NCBI GenBank assembly: GCA_038279365.1
Contig: JAYODI010000059.1
Coordinates: 1 to 37,760 of the forward strand
Direction: 5' to 3'
Length of the DNA: 37,760 nucleotides
From: Candidatus Latescibacterota bacterium
GTDB taxonomy: Bacteria; Latescibacterota; UBA2968
Positions within the stretch are counted from its first letter, which is position 1, and every line of letters starts with the position of its first letter. Of this stretch, positions 28,753 to 37,153 are shown in pieces. Made by a program: the position numbers and the translations under genes. The notes under the pieces were generated by a model. That model was not told the DNA's origin. It did no database searches and saw nothing but the letters and a program-made list of their open reading frames with translations.

Positions 28753-29103
28753 TTACATCAAGTAGATACGGGCAGCGGCATCGAGGCAATCTTCAATGGT
28801 GCCTTCTTGTAGGTCGGGGCAAGGCCCATATTTTTCCGTTTCGTATTTGTAAATGAGAAATTTCCATTTGTTGGGGCCCAAATATTCCAAGCGGGCGAGT
28901 CGTCCAACACCGCGCACCTCACCCATCCCAAACATGCGTCCTATGAGCCCACTTTTGGCTTCTTTGACAACCTGAAGAAACAAGTGGTTCCCTTTGATGA
29001 TGCCCCGAATCTCTTTAATACCCCGTTTGCCCACATATTTTTTGGCATGGTTTTGGAGGCGAGTCAGTGCACCTTGTTGAACTTTGGGTGGTGGTAAAAG
29101 CAT
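28753..29103 (-). CDS. Hypothetical basic protein (possibly DUF3024-like)
   Basis: GAGGGG RBS; LARLEYLGPNKWKF...Y...E.Y pattern; terminator follows. Confidence 0.7.
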   Translation of the reverse strand: MLLPPPKVQQGALTRLQNHAKKYVGKRGIKEIRGIIKGNHLFLQVVKEAKSGLIGRMFGMGEVRGVGRLARLEYLGPNKWKFLIYKYETEKYGPCPDLQEGTIEDCLDAAARIYLM

Positions 29104-29232
29104 AGGCCCCTCTGTTTAAGGTTGAAAGGATCTCATTTGGGGTGCAATTTCAATAAAATAATGGGCTTTGCCGAGAAAGACAACCTAAAAAATTGCGTTA
29201 AGGTTTTAAAAAAGATGGTGAACGCTACAAAT

Positions 29233-32145
29233 TTATGCCGGTTTGCCAAAGGCTGCCGCAAAGGTTAAGAAGTCGGAAAATCCCACGCTGCCATCTTGGT
29301 CTAAGTCAAATTTGCTGTTAAAAGATGGGGTGACTGTGCGACTGCCAAATGCGCCTGCAAAGGCCAAAAAGTCAGAAAAACCCACTGTTCCATTGCCATC
29401 AAAGTCTGGGGTTAAGGCCACGGTTGTGGTAGCCGTTGCAGACCCTGTTAGGGAGACTATTTGGGTGCCTCGGTCTGGGTCATTGCTCAATATTTGAAGG
29501 GTGCCTGTGTGTTTGCCGCCCGATGTGGGCGCAAAAATCACATTGGCTGTTGCTGTTGCACCTGCATCAATAGAGAGCGTTTTTTCAGAAACCGAAAATG
29601 GGGCTTGGGTGACAAAGCTGGTGATGGTGAGTGTTTGGCTGCCGTTGTTGGTGATGTTTAGGGTTTGTGTTTGTGTTTTACCCGTAGAGACATCCGACCA
29701 CGTTAACGATGTGTTAGCCAGTGTGATCACTGGGCGTGCAGTAACAACATAGATGGGGCCAAACCTGCCCAAAAAAGGTAGGCTTTGTCCTTTTGTGCCA
29801 CCAAATATGATCATTTCATATTGGCCAACTTGTGCGTTGGTAAATTGAATATCATTTGCGCTAAATTGTCCGTTGGTCACATCTAGAAAGTTGTCAATGT
29901 CGGTACCGCCAGCTGTGGGTGAAAAGCTGATGGCAATTTGGGTGATGTTGTTGGATACTGTGCCAGAAATTTGGCGGGATTGTCCGGCCACAAATGTGGT
30001 GTTTAATGGCGCACTCAAAACCACATTGTCAAAAAGGTCTACGGGCAAGTTGATGGTTTCATTGCCAGTGGTGGTCACCACAATGGGCGAAAAAACACCT
30101 CGGTGGGGTACTGAGCCACCTGAAGGGCCTCCAAACAAGTTGAGTTCGTATGTGCCTGCTTGCTCTGGTGTAAAGACAAAACCTTTTCGAAATGTGCCGT
30201 TGGTGACGTTGGTTTGGATGCGAATATCGGCACCACCTGCTTTGGGTGTAAACACCAAGAGGAGCACTTCAATGGTGTTGTCGGTTACTTGCCCAACAAA
30301 CGATGCCCCTTGCCCTGCCTGATATTGTCCGGGAAGCGGGGTGCTTAGTGTTATGCCATTGAAGAAGTCGGTGGGCAAATTGACGGTGCCACTGCCAGCT
30401 GAAACAAGGGCACCGGAAAAACGACCCACTTGGGGCAACAGCGCTCCTTGCTGACCGGCATAAACGGCCAAGGTATATTCACCAGCCTGAGAGGGGGCAA
30501 AGATCACGCTTTGGCTAAAACGCCCTGCTGAAACATCCAGTGAAAATTGAATTTCTTCTCCAGATGCATCACGGGGTTCATAGGAGAGTAAGATGCGTGA
30601 AATGGAGGCATCACTCACACTGCCAGAAAAAGTAATGCTTTCACCTGCGGTATAAACGGCCGAAAACGGCGCATCGAGGGTGAGCTTTTGAAAGAAGTCT
30701 GTGGGAAGTGACAAGTCGGGAACAAAGTTTTTGGGAAGGGGAATGTAAATGGCACGAAAGCTGCCTGCCACATCGGTTTGGATTTGTATGTTTTGTGATC
30801 CGGTGCCTGTTAGGCGAATAAATGCGCTGGCTGCTGGGCGAACCGAGCCCGATACTGTGGTGGTGGTGGTGTTTATTTTTTGTTCTTTTGGCAACGGAAA
30901 ACTGCGTTTTTTGCTTTGGGATTCGGTAAAGTATTGAAAGCTATAATTGAGGGATGTGTCTGTATTGATGTTGTTGCCACTTAAAAAAAGACGGGATATA
31001 AAAGTGCGATAGACCGTGTCAAAGGATTGACCCGAAATGTTTTCAATATTGGCAATGTTGACCTTATTGGTTTTTACCAGTTTACCTGGTACATCTTGGC
31101 CAAAGGATTCCAAGAGACCGCGTACAAACAGATAAGCCGCCCCGCGAATGCCCAAATTGAGCGATGCATCTCCTGTAAGGGCATAACGTTCGGGGTTGTT
31201 CATAAATTCTGAGACCAGGTCTGTGTTGCCCCCTGCGATGTGCCCACCCACAAGATCTTCGGCCACATGAGACAAGCCCTCATTTAACCAAGTTTCTTCA
31301 GCATCACCATTTTGGATGAGAACGTGTTGGTTAAAGTTGATAAGGTGTTGAAATTCATGAGCCAAAAGTGCATCATAAGAGGCCAATTCTTGCGTGGGGC
31401 TAATAAACATCATGTCGGCCACATTGCCATCACCGCCCTGGTTGGTCGAAAAGAGAGAACTGGACGCATAAAAACCTGCAACCCCGCCTACGCGGTCAAC
31501 AAGGTGTGTATATAAAAAGATGACTTTGCCGTCGTTGTCTACATCCGATGGTGCCCCGTACATGTTGGTAATGGTGGCAAATGTGCTGTTGCTAAATGTA
31601 TTGAGCATGGCTTCAATTTGCGCGGTGGTGATGTTTTTATCTGAAGCGGCAAGAGCATTGTCAAGATAGGCAACGGCGCGGGTGTTGGTGGCAACCAATG
31701 TGGCTGTAACCGTTTGGTTGGATGTGACACCCCCAAATTTTCCAAATGTGAATGATCGTGTGCTGCCTAATTGTTGAGATTGAACAATTTTTTGACGAGG
31801 TGGAACCCATCCAGTTTGTTGGATGCGTTTTGCAAAATCTTGTTCTTTTTGACGCAATACATGTTCAAAACGGTCGCGTGGGGATGTATGAGACGAAAAT
31901 ATAGAAGGATTAAGAAGCGCAGATGCAACACCTGTAGATACGGTGTAATTGTATGTGCGGGTGGTATCGGTGGCATTGGTTTGCCCTGAGTAGAGCATGA
32001 GTTCGTAGTCGTTGTTGGTAAAATCTAAGCTGAGCGAACCAGATCCATTGGAGAGCGTGACGGTGGTGGGGGTGCCTATCGTTTGGGCATGCAATGGAAG
32101 GGCGTGGACAAAAAGCAAAATAGACAGGATGATGGTGCGGTTCAT
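29233..32145 (-). CDS. Large secreted zinc metallopeptidase (HExxH...NEG) with three Ig-like repeats, ASH/choice-of-anchor-D domain and C-terminal EF-hand/dockerin-like pair
   Basis: Signal peptide MNRTIIL...LHA; DVDNDGKVIFL, LAHEFQHLINF, WLNEGLS; ITNNGSQTLTI...SNDPD; DFDGNGTVGFSDFLAFAGAFG and DLDQDGSVGFSDFLTFAAAFG. Confidence 0.85.
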   Translation of the reverse strand: MNRTIILSILLFVHALPLHAQTIGTPTTVTLSNGSGSLSLDFTNNDYELMLYSGQTNATDTTRTYNYTVSTGVASALLNPSIFSSHTSPRDRFEHVLRQKEQDFAKRIQQTGWVPPRQKIVQSQQLGSTRSFTFGKFGGVTSNQTVTATLVATNTRAVAYLDNALAASDKNITTAQIEAMLNTFSNSTFATITNMYGAPSDVDNDGKVIFLYTHLVDRVGGVAGFYASSSLFSTNQGGDGNVADMMFISPTQELASYDALLAHEFQHLINFNQHVLIQNGDAEETWLNEGLSHVAEDLVGGHIAGGNTDLVSEFMNNPERYALTGDASLNLGIRGAAYLFVRGLLESFGQDVPGKLVKTNKVNIANIENISGQSFDTVYRTFISRLFLSGNNINTDTSLNYSFQYFTESQSKKRSFPLPKEQKINTTTTTVSGSVRPAASAFIRLTGTGSQNIQIQTDVAGSFRAIYIPLPKNFVPDLSLPTDFFQKLTLDAPFSAVYTAGESITFSGSVSDASISRILLSYEPRDASGEEIQFSLDVSAGRFSQSVIFAPSQAGEYTLAVYAGQQGALLPQVGRFSGALVSAGSGTVNLPTDFFNGITLSTPLPGQYQAGQGASFVGQVTDNTIEVLLLVFTPKAGGADIRIQTNVTNGTFRKGFVFTPEQAGTYELNLFGGPSGGSVPHRGVFSPIVVTTTGNETINLPVDLFDNVVLSAPLNTTFVAGQSRQISGTVSNNITQIAISFSPTAGGTDIDNFLDVTNGQFSANDIQFTNAQVGQYEMIIFGGTKGQSLPFLGRFGPIYVVTARPVITLANTSLTWSDVSTGKTQTQTLNITNNGSQTLTITSFVTQAPFSVSEKTLSIDAGATATANVIFAPTSGGKHTGTLQILSNDPDRGTQIVSLTGSATATTTVALTPDFDGNGTVGFSDFLAFAGAFGSRTVTPSFNSKFDLDQDGSVGFSDFLTFAAAFGKPA
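29740..30714 (-). repeat. Three tandem ~110-aa (330-nt) intragenic domain repeats
   Basis: LSLPTDFF (30714), VNLPTDFF (30384), INLPVDLF (30054); each ends AG.Y.L..(F/Y).G..G...P..G.F. Confidence 0.85.
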
Positions 32146-32187
32146 AGACATACCCTTGTAGATGGTAATGATTGTAAATAAAGGATA

Positions 32188-32286
32188 TAAAAAATAAGGG
32201 CCATCAGCACTCGGCGCTGCCAAGTGTCGCTGATGGCCAAAAGCACCCGGTGTGTTCGTCGGGGGGCGAACACACACCAGATACCT
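32188..32286 (-). ncRNA. Candidate structured leader / small RNA (two hairpins plus U-tract), unassigned family
   Basis: Hairpin 1 at 32285-32242 with CCCCCCGA loop and several G-U pairs; hairpin 2 at 32238-32199 followed by CUUAUUUUUU; promoter directly upstream. Confidence 0.6.
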
Positions 32287-32291
32287 CGGGC

Positions 32292-32320
32292 AGTATAGGT
32301 TTTAAGAATTTAAAAGTCAA
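32292..32320 (-). promoter_or_regulatory. Near-consensus sigma-70 promoter overlapping the WYL gene stop codon
   Basis: TTGACT-N17-TATACT. Confidence 0.75.
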
Positions 32321-34902
32321 GTTGAACTCATTCGTTTAAAATATTCACCCGTAAGGCGTGCAAAGTGAATTCGATCTGTGCGAAAAACGCGATCCCCTTT
32401 GCGTTCACGACAAAAGGCATAGAGCATTGTCGGGTCTTCAGAAAAGGGTTCAATGAGCCGTTTGGGCGCGTTGGTATCGTTGCCATAGGCAATTTCGACA
32501 CACAATTGGTGATCTATGGCATAGGCAATAATGGCACGCATTTCACTGGGCTGTGTAGATGGGTTTGCACCAGTAAAACGAAGCAGTTCTTCAAGGCCAT
32601 CTTTGGGGCTTTTGGTGGGTTGTAACAGGGTTTGTAACAGGGCACTGTATCGGTCAGACGCTTCCTTGCGTGGGGTATCTGGGCTTTGGCGCAAGGCACG
32701 TTTAAAACGCCTGATGAGATGGTGCACGGTTTCAAGGTGTTCATTTGACTTTGCTTCAATGGCTTCGCGTGTTGTTTCTAAAAATGCAACCAAATCGGAT
32801 AATTCATTGGTGCTAAAGACCACTTGATGTCGGTTTTCGTGGTTGGGTGATTGTGTTTGCAAAAGATTGGGCATATACCCTTGGCGATGTAAAATTTGTA
32901 AGAGGGCTTCGGGGCGGTTGCTTTGATTGAGTGCCGCAATGGTCGGAGACAGACGTTGATCCAATGCTTGGGCAATGGTTTTTTGGGCATAGAGTTCATC
33001 CAATAATGCAGGTGTTTCAACCTTAAGAAAGCCCACTGCTGGGAAGAGCTCAATTTCGCCAAACTTACTTTCGCACTCTGTAATAAGTGCATTGACAATT
33101 TCTGGTAAGCCTGTGGCACTGTGTGTTTTAAAAAAGGTGCGAATGCTTTCGCCCGTTTCCCCTCTGTTGAGTGCTTGTTGTATGGCATCTCCAGTGATGC
33201 CAAAGGTGGTCATCACATCTTGGTTTTGGAGATCAGCCAACCCACAAAGGGTTATGTAAACAGAAGGCATGATGTCGGGTGGTGCGAGGACTTCAAAGTT
33301 GGGTTGTACGACAATACGTGAATTGGGGTTTTGTGGGGGAATGTTTTCCTTTAAAGCTTCCGTATTTTTGTGATGCAACAGTGCCAGTCCTGCTGGTGTG
33401 AGTTGAAATGTGGCTTGTTCACTGCGGTGAAGGGGCTGGGCAAAGGCGGCTGGTGGACCCGTGCGTAAAATTCCCATCCAAGAAAGTGCACCACTGAGTA
33501 TGCGGCGTAAGAGTTCGTCGGCAGTGGTGCCTCCAGCAGCAAGATTGCGCCCAGTGGATGGGGTTTCTGAGATATGTCGGAACGTATCGGATAAACGTAT
33601 CAAATATTGGTAAAATGACGGATACGTAATCCATTGGTTGGGCTCTAATTGTGTGAGTGCTTGTCCGATGGCCTGGCGCACACCTTTGAGGTCCATCATT
33701 TTGTTGCTGTTGGCGGTGTTTCTGTCGGTGGCCCATTCGTTCCAGCGGTCTGTTTGTTGCCAAAAGGCGAAGAGGGCTTGGCGTGTTTCAGCAATATCAG
33801 ACAGACGTTGTCCACTTTCTGGTGCTGTCCGCCAAATGTCTCCTTGGGGTTTGACCAGGCCTGCTGTTTCCACAAAAAGCATTAAAAATTCGATATAACC
33901 TGGGTCTGTTTCTCCTTGGCAAAAACGTGCCGATTCACGCAAATCGCTTTTGGGAATGCCACCGTGTTTAAGGCGACGTGGCAAGCGGCGTTCGATCAGG
34001 CCAAGGAGCGTTGCCAAATCGGAAAAAAGATAGGGTGTGTTGTCGTGTGGGGATGCGGGAGGGCTTAAGGGGCTGACCAGCAAGTCGTCTACTTGGCTTT
34101 CCAGTTGACCGCCTTGTTTTTTTGCTATTTTTTGTAAAACGAGGCGCAAATCGGTGGCCAAAGAGATGGGGGCATCTTTGTCTTTTGGATCGGCTGTGGG
34201 GCTATAACACAATGGTGTTTTCCACAGCAAATCTTCTAACTCTCTTTGTGCATTTTCACCTAATTTTTCTTCTACTTCTTGGCGTGTTGCCGTTTGATTT
34301 ACAAGCAAAAAATCGAGCACGGCACGACGCTCTTCGGTTTGATTTTGCAAATATGTTTTGAGCGTATCTGGGGTCAATAAGGCGTGATGAATGGCTCGAA
34401 TGAGCAAGGGGCGGCGGGTATCGGAAATGGAGAGTTGGAGTTCTTGAGCCACATTGCGCAAAATGCCCACAGAGACTTCTTTAAGAACAAAGCGCAATCT
34501 GCCACGATTTTTGGCAGACAGTGGAATCGATTTTAACAAGGCATCGGGAATGCCAATAAGGGGATAATCTGGCATTTCATTGTCTCGAAAGACCAATCCC
34601 ACAGCCGTGAGTTCATCAATTTGGGCCCGAAGACGGTGTTCAAAGCCGTTGGCCAGTTCTTCAATGGCATCTTCTTCAAGCAACTCCCCACCTTCTGCAA
34701 TGATATCTTGAATCAGTTTTTGTTGCGGTTTTGTGAGGGCTTCTACTGTGGTTGCTATCTGTTCGGGGTCGGGCAAGTATTGACATAACTGGTCAATCAA
34801 GACCGTTTTGTTGACTTGTGTGTCTAAGGCTTGGCCCAGTGTTTGGGCAAGCTTTTTTAATTCTGGGGTGGGGTATTGGCTAAGAACCGTACGCAGTTTC
34901 AT
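32317..34902 (-). CDS. XPB/Ssl2-associated (Helicase_C_3) domain protein with C-terminal WYL domain
   Basis: RIVVQPNFEVLAPP...ITGDAIQQALNRGETGESIRTFFKTHSATGLP (Helicase_C_3); AIDHQLCVEIAY...RLIEPF...LYAFCRERKGDRVFRTDRI (WYL); no Walker A motif seen. Confidence 0.85.
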   Translation of the reverse strand: MKLRTVLSQYPTPELKKLAQTLGQALDTQVNKTVLIDQLCQYLPDPEQIATTVEALTKPQQKLIQDIIAEGGELLEEDAIEELANGFEHRLRAQIDELTAVGLVFRDNEMPDYPLIGIPDALLKSIPLSAKNRGRLRFVLKEVSVGILRNVAQELQLSISDTRRPLLIRAIHHALLTPDTLKTYLQNQTEERRAVLDFLLVNQTATRQEVEEKLGENAQRELEDLLWKTPLCYSPTADPKDKDAPISLATDLRLVLQKIAKKQGGQLESQVDDLLVSPLSPPASPHDNTPYLFSDLATLLGLIERRLPRRLKHGGIPKSDLRESARFCQGETDPGYIEFLMLFVETAGLVKPQGDIWRTAPESGQRLSDIAETRQALFAFWQQTDRWNEWATDRNTANSNKMMDLKGVRQAIGQALTQLEPNQWITYPSFYQYLIRLSDTFRHISETPSTGRNLAAGGTTADELLRRILSGALSWMGILRTGPPAAFAQPLHRSEQATFQLTPAGLALLHHKNTEALKENIPPQNPNSRIVVQPNFEVLAPPDIMPSVYITLCGLADLQNQDVMTTFGITGDAIQQALNRGETGESIRTFFKTHSATGLPEIVNALITECESKFGEIELFPAVGFLKVETPALLDELYAQKTIAQALDQRLSPTIAALNQSNRPEALLQILHRQGYMPNLLQTQSPNHENRHQVVFSTNELSDLVAFLETTREAIEAKSNEHLETVHHLIRRFKRALRQSPDTPRKEASDRYSALLQTLLQPTKSPKDGLEELLRFTGANPSTQPSEMRAIIAYAIDHQLCVEIAYGNDTNAPKRLIEPFSEDPTMLYAFCRERKGDRVFRTDRIHFARLTGEYFKRMSST

Positions 34903-34919
34903 AAGTGGCTGTTGGGGGG

Positions 34920-35390
34920 TTATTGTACAATGAATTTGACAAAGTAAATTTGTAGGATTTCTTCACCTTTTTTGAGGTGCTCATTGAGTGCAAACCGAAG
35001 CTCGTCTTTGATGACTTCACGGTCTTCGGGTGCATCCATTTCCCCAAGTTTTTTTGCCGAAAGAACCCGAATGACCGTGTCGCGCAGTTGTGGATTTGTT
35101 TGAGCGAGTTTGTCATGCACATGGGCGGGTGTGACACCCAATGTGATTTCGGTTTGAATAAAACGAAAACCTTGTTTGTCTACCGAGTCGGCTGGGTTAA
35201 TTAAAAACTCACCCATGTCGCGGTAGATGCGTTTGGGTTCGCTGCTGACTGCAACATCTACTTCAACTTCTTGCAGGGCTTCGGGAGGAGGACCAGACAA
35301 GCGGTGAATCACCACGTTGTTGATCAGAAGATAGGCCAAAATGGTTTGTCCAAGCACAACGAGGATCACCAAGGGCATGTATTTGTTCAT
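34920..35390 (-). CDS. fliL: Flagellar basal-body-associated FliL family protein
   Basis: N-terminal TM helix; GEFLINPAD, RFIQTEITL, PQLRDTVIRVLSAK, IYFVKFIVQ C-terminus. Confidence 0.88.
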   Translation of the reverse strand: MNKYMPLVILVVLGQTILAYLLINNVVIHRLSGPPPEALQEVEVDVAVSSEPKRIYRDMGEFLINPADSVDKQGFRFIQTEITLGVTPAHVHDKLAQTNPQLRDTVIRVLSAKKLGEMDAPEDREVIKDELRFALNEHLKKGEEILQIYFVKFIVQ

Positions 35391-35424
35391 GGTGTGTCAA
35401 TTTTCACTAAGTGCTTGATTGATT

Positions 35425-35469
35425 TGTGGATAACTATGCCAAGATAGCGTAATATATGCGTCTTGTCAA
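35425..35469 (-). promoter_or_regulatory. Sigma-70 promoter of fliL with adjacent DnaA-box-like 9-mer
   Basis: TTGACA-N17-TATCTT (35469-35441); TTATCCACA at 35433-35425. Confidence 0.55.
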
Positions 35470-35484
35470 GCTGCTCTATACATT

Positions 35485-35519
35485 AAAAGACCGCAGATAA
35501 CAAGGTTATCTGCGGTCTT
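35485..35519 (-). terminator. Intrinsic terminator of the flagellin gene
   Basis: 15-bp perfect inverted repeat aagaccgcagataac / gttatctgcggtctt, followed by U residues on the minus strand. Confidence 0.85.
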
Positions 35520-35598
35520 CTCGGGTAACAACAACCCACCTAACGGTTGGGCGGTCGGTGGCGGTGGGATTTCACCGGGCCCGTTTAAAATTTTTAGC

Positions 35599-36795
35599 TT
35601 ACTGGAGAAGCGTGAGTGCGTTTTGTGGAATGGCGTTGGCTTGTGCCAACAAGGACGTACTTGCTTGAACCAGTATTTGTGCGCGTGTAAATTGAGAGAC
35701 TTCGTCGGCCATATCGGCATCGCGGATGGTCGATTCGGAGGCTTGAACGTTTTCAATGGTGTTTTCAAGCGACCTTACTGTAAATCCTAAGCGATTTTGA
35801 ACGGCACCTAAGTCACCCCGTTGTTGTGCCACTGTCTCAATGGCCAAGTCTACGGTGTCCATGAGTGCACGTGCTGATGTGATGGTGCTTACCGATGAGC
35901 CTGCAAGGTTGAGAGAGGCGCCAGTGGCACGCATATCTTTGATGCTGACTTCAAATCGGTCTACGGCCGTGTTGTCTGCACCAATTTGGAAGGATCCACC
36001 GGTGCCGGCATCTACTTGAATGACCAACCCATCTAAGTCGCCATCGCGATAGCCATTGCTTGCAGGTGTAAATTGGTTGGCACCCCGTGCACCTGTGAGG
36101 GTCAGTTGAATACCCAAGCGGTCAAAGTTGGCCACAATGCTGCTGTTGGTGGCCACCACAGCGCCTGCTGCTGCATCGGTGTCGAGGGCTGTGCCAATGT
36201 CAATGGTTTGGGTGGTGACGCCATTGCCCAATGTGAGTTGATTGTCTGTGGCAACGTTATCTATAAATGTATATGTTCCTGCAGTTGCGCCAGTAATAGA
36301 GGCATCTACAACACCCGTTGTACCCGAGACCAGTGCGGTCGACACGGTGAGGTCTTTTGAGACCGTATTGCCAAAGCCTGTTAATAGGGTGGTGTTGTTG
36401 TAGCTTGTGGCACTGGCGATTCGATCCACTTCAGCGACCAACTGAACCACTTCGGCATTGAGCGCCGTTCGGTTGTTGTCGTTGAGTGTCGATGAAGCAG
36501 CTTGCACCGAAAGTTCGCGCATTCTAATGAGAATGGCACTGACTTCATTGAGTGCACCTTCTGCGGTTTGGATTAGGTTTGTACCGTGTTCTGCATTTCT
36601 GACGGCTTGTTTAAGGCCGACCAGTTCTGCTCGCATTCCCTCAGAAACTGAGAGCCCGGCAGCGTCGTCTGCTGCACGATTGATACGCAGCCCGGACGAG
36701 AGGCGTTCAATCCGCTGGGACAATTCCCGATTGTTAATCAGGAGTTGCCGCCGAGTGTTGAGAGCGGTTATGTTATTGTTTACCCGAAGTGGCAT
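35599..36795 (-). CDS. fliC: Flagellin
   Basis: ERLSSGLRINRAADDAAGL, QTAEGALNEV, RGDLGAVQNRL, ESTIRDADMADE, LAQAN; AAGGAGG RBS. Confidence 0.97.
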   Translation of the reverse strand: MPLRVNNNITALNTRRQLLINNRELSQRIERLSSGLRINRAADDAAGLSVSEGMRAELVGLKQAVRNAEHGTNLIQTAEGALNEVSAILIRMRELSVQAASSTLNDNNRTALNAEVVQLVAEVDRIASATSYNNTTLLTGFGNTVSKDLTVSTALVSGTTGVVDASITGATAGTYTFIDNVATDNQLTLGNGVTTQTIDIGTALDTDAAAGAVVATNSSIVANFDRLGIQLTLTGARGANQFTPASNGYRDGDLDGLVIQVDAGTGGSFQIGADNTAVDRFEVSIKDMRATGASLNLAGSSVSTITSARALMDTVDLAIETVAQQRGDLGAVQNRLGFTVRSLENTIENVQASESTIRDADMADEVSQFTRAQILVQASTSLLAQANAIPQNALTLLQ

Positions 36796-36827
36796 TGCTA
36801 AACCTCCTTGTTGTTCCCGTGAAGCGT

Positions 36828-36841
36828 AGGCATCCTTGCCT
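36828..36841 (-). promoter_or_regulatory. CsrA/RsmA-type binding hairpin in the flagellin leader
   Basis: AGGC-AAGGAU-GCCU (ANGGA in the loop); further GGA motifs in CACGGGAAC and in the SD ACAAGGAGG. Confidence 0.65.
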
Positions 36842-36982
36842 GGTTGTGCCAGTTGTTTAGGCCGGCTGGGGTGGGCGCTTCTGTTTTCAAGCTTTGCACT
36901 GTGTCCGAAGAATCGAAAAATGACGACCCTGAGTGTTTGTCTCGAAAGCCTACTTGGTATATCTTCGTATCATATGGTATAA

Positions 36983-37010
36983 TTATCGACTGTTATGAAA
37001 TACCCTTTAG
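36983..37010 (-). promoter_or_regulatory. Sigma-28 (FliA) promoter of flagellin
   Basis: CTAAA-N15-GTCGATAA versus consensus TAAA-N15-GCCGATAA. Confidence 0.85.
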
Positions 37011-37153
37011 TGTTTTTTTTATCTTTTTTGAGGATGATATTTTATGGACATATATATATATTGAGCTAATCCATCATGTTATTTGGGGCAATTGGGGGGA
37101 TTTTGTTTTATGAGAGCTAGACTTTATAGGGTTATTATCCAAAGGTTGTAGAT

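Noticed and set aside
32146-32277. N-terminal extension of the peptidase ORF from GTG 32277, or a leader peptide
   Set aside because: No SD upstream, it overlaps the RNA hairpins, and the signal peptide begins at 32145.
32188-32286. Identification as 6C RNA, SRP RNA or tRNA
   Set aside because: Only one C-rich loop, no SRP helix-8 motif, and no cloverleaf or T-loop.
35391-35470. Replication origin suggested by a DnaA box
   Set aside because: Only one box, no cluster or unwinding element, and no dnaA or dnaN nearby.
35550-35585. FMN or cobalamin riboswitch-like word GGGC..GGUGAAAUCCCACCG
   Set aside because: The remaining conserved elements of either riboswitch are absent, and the site is 3' of flagellin; kept only as an unassigned structure.
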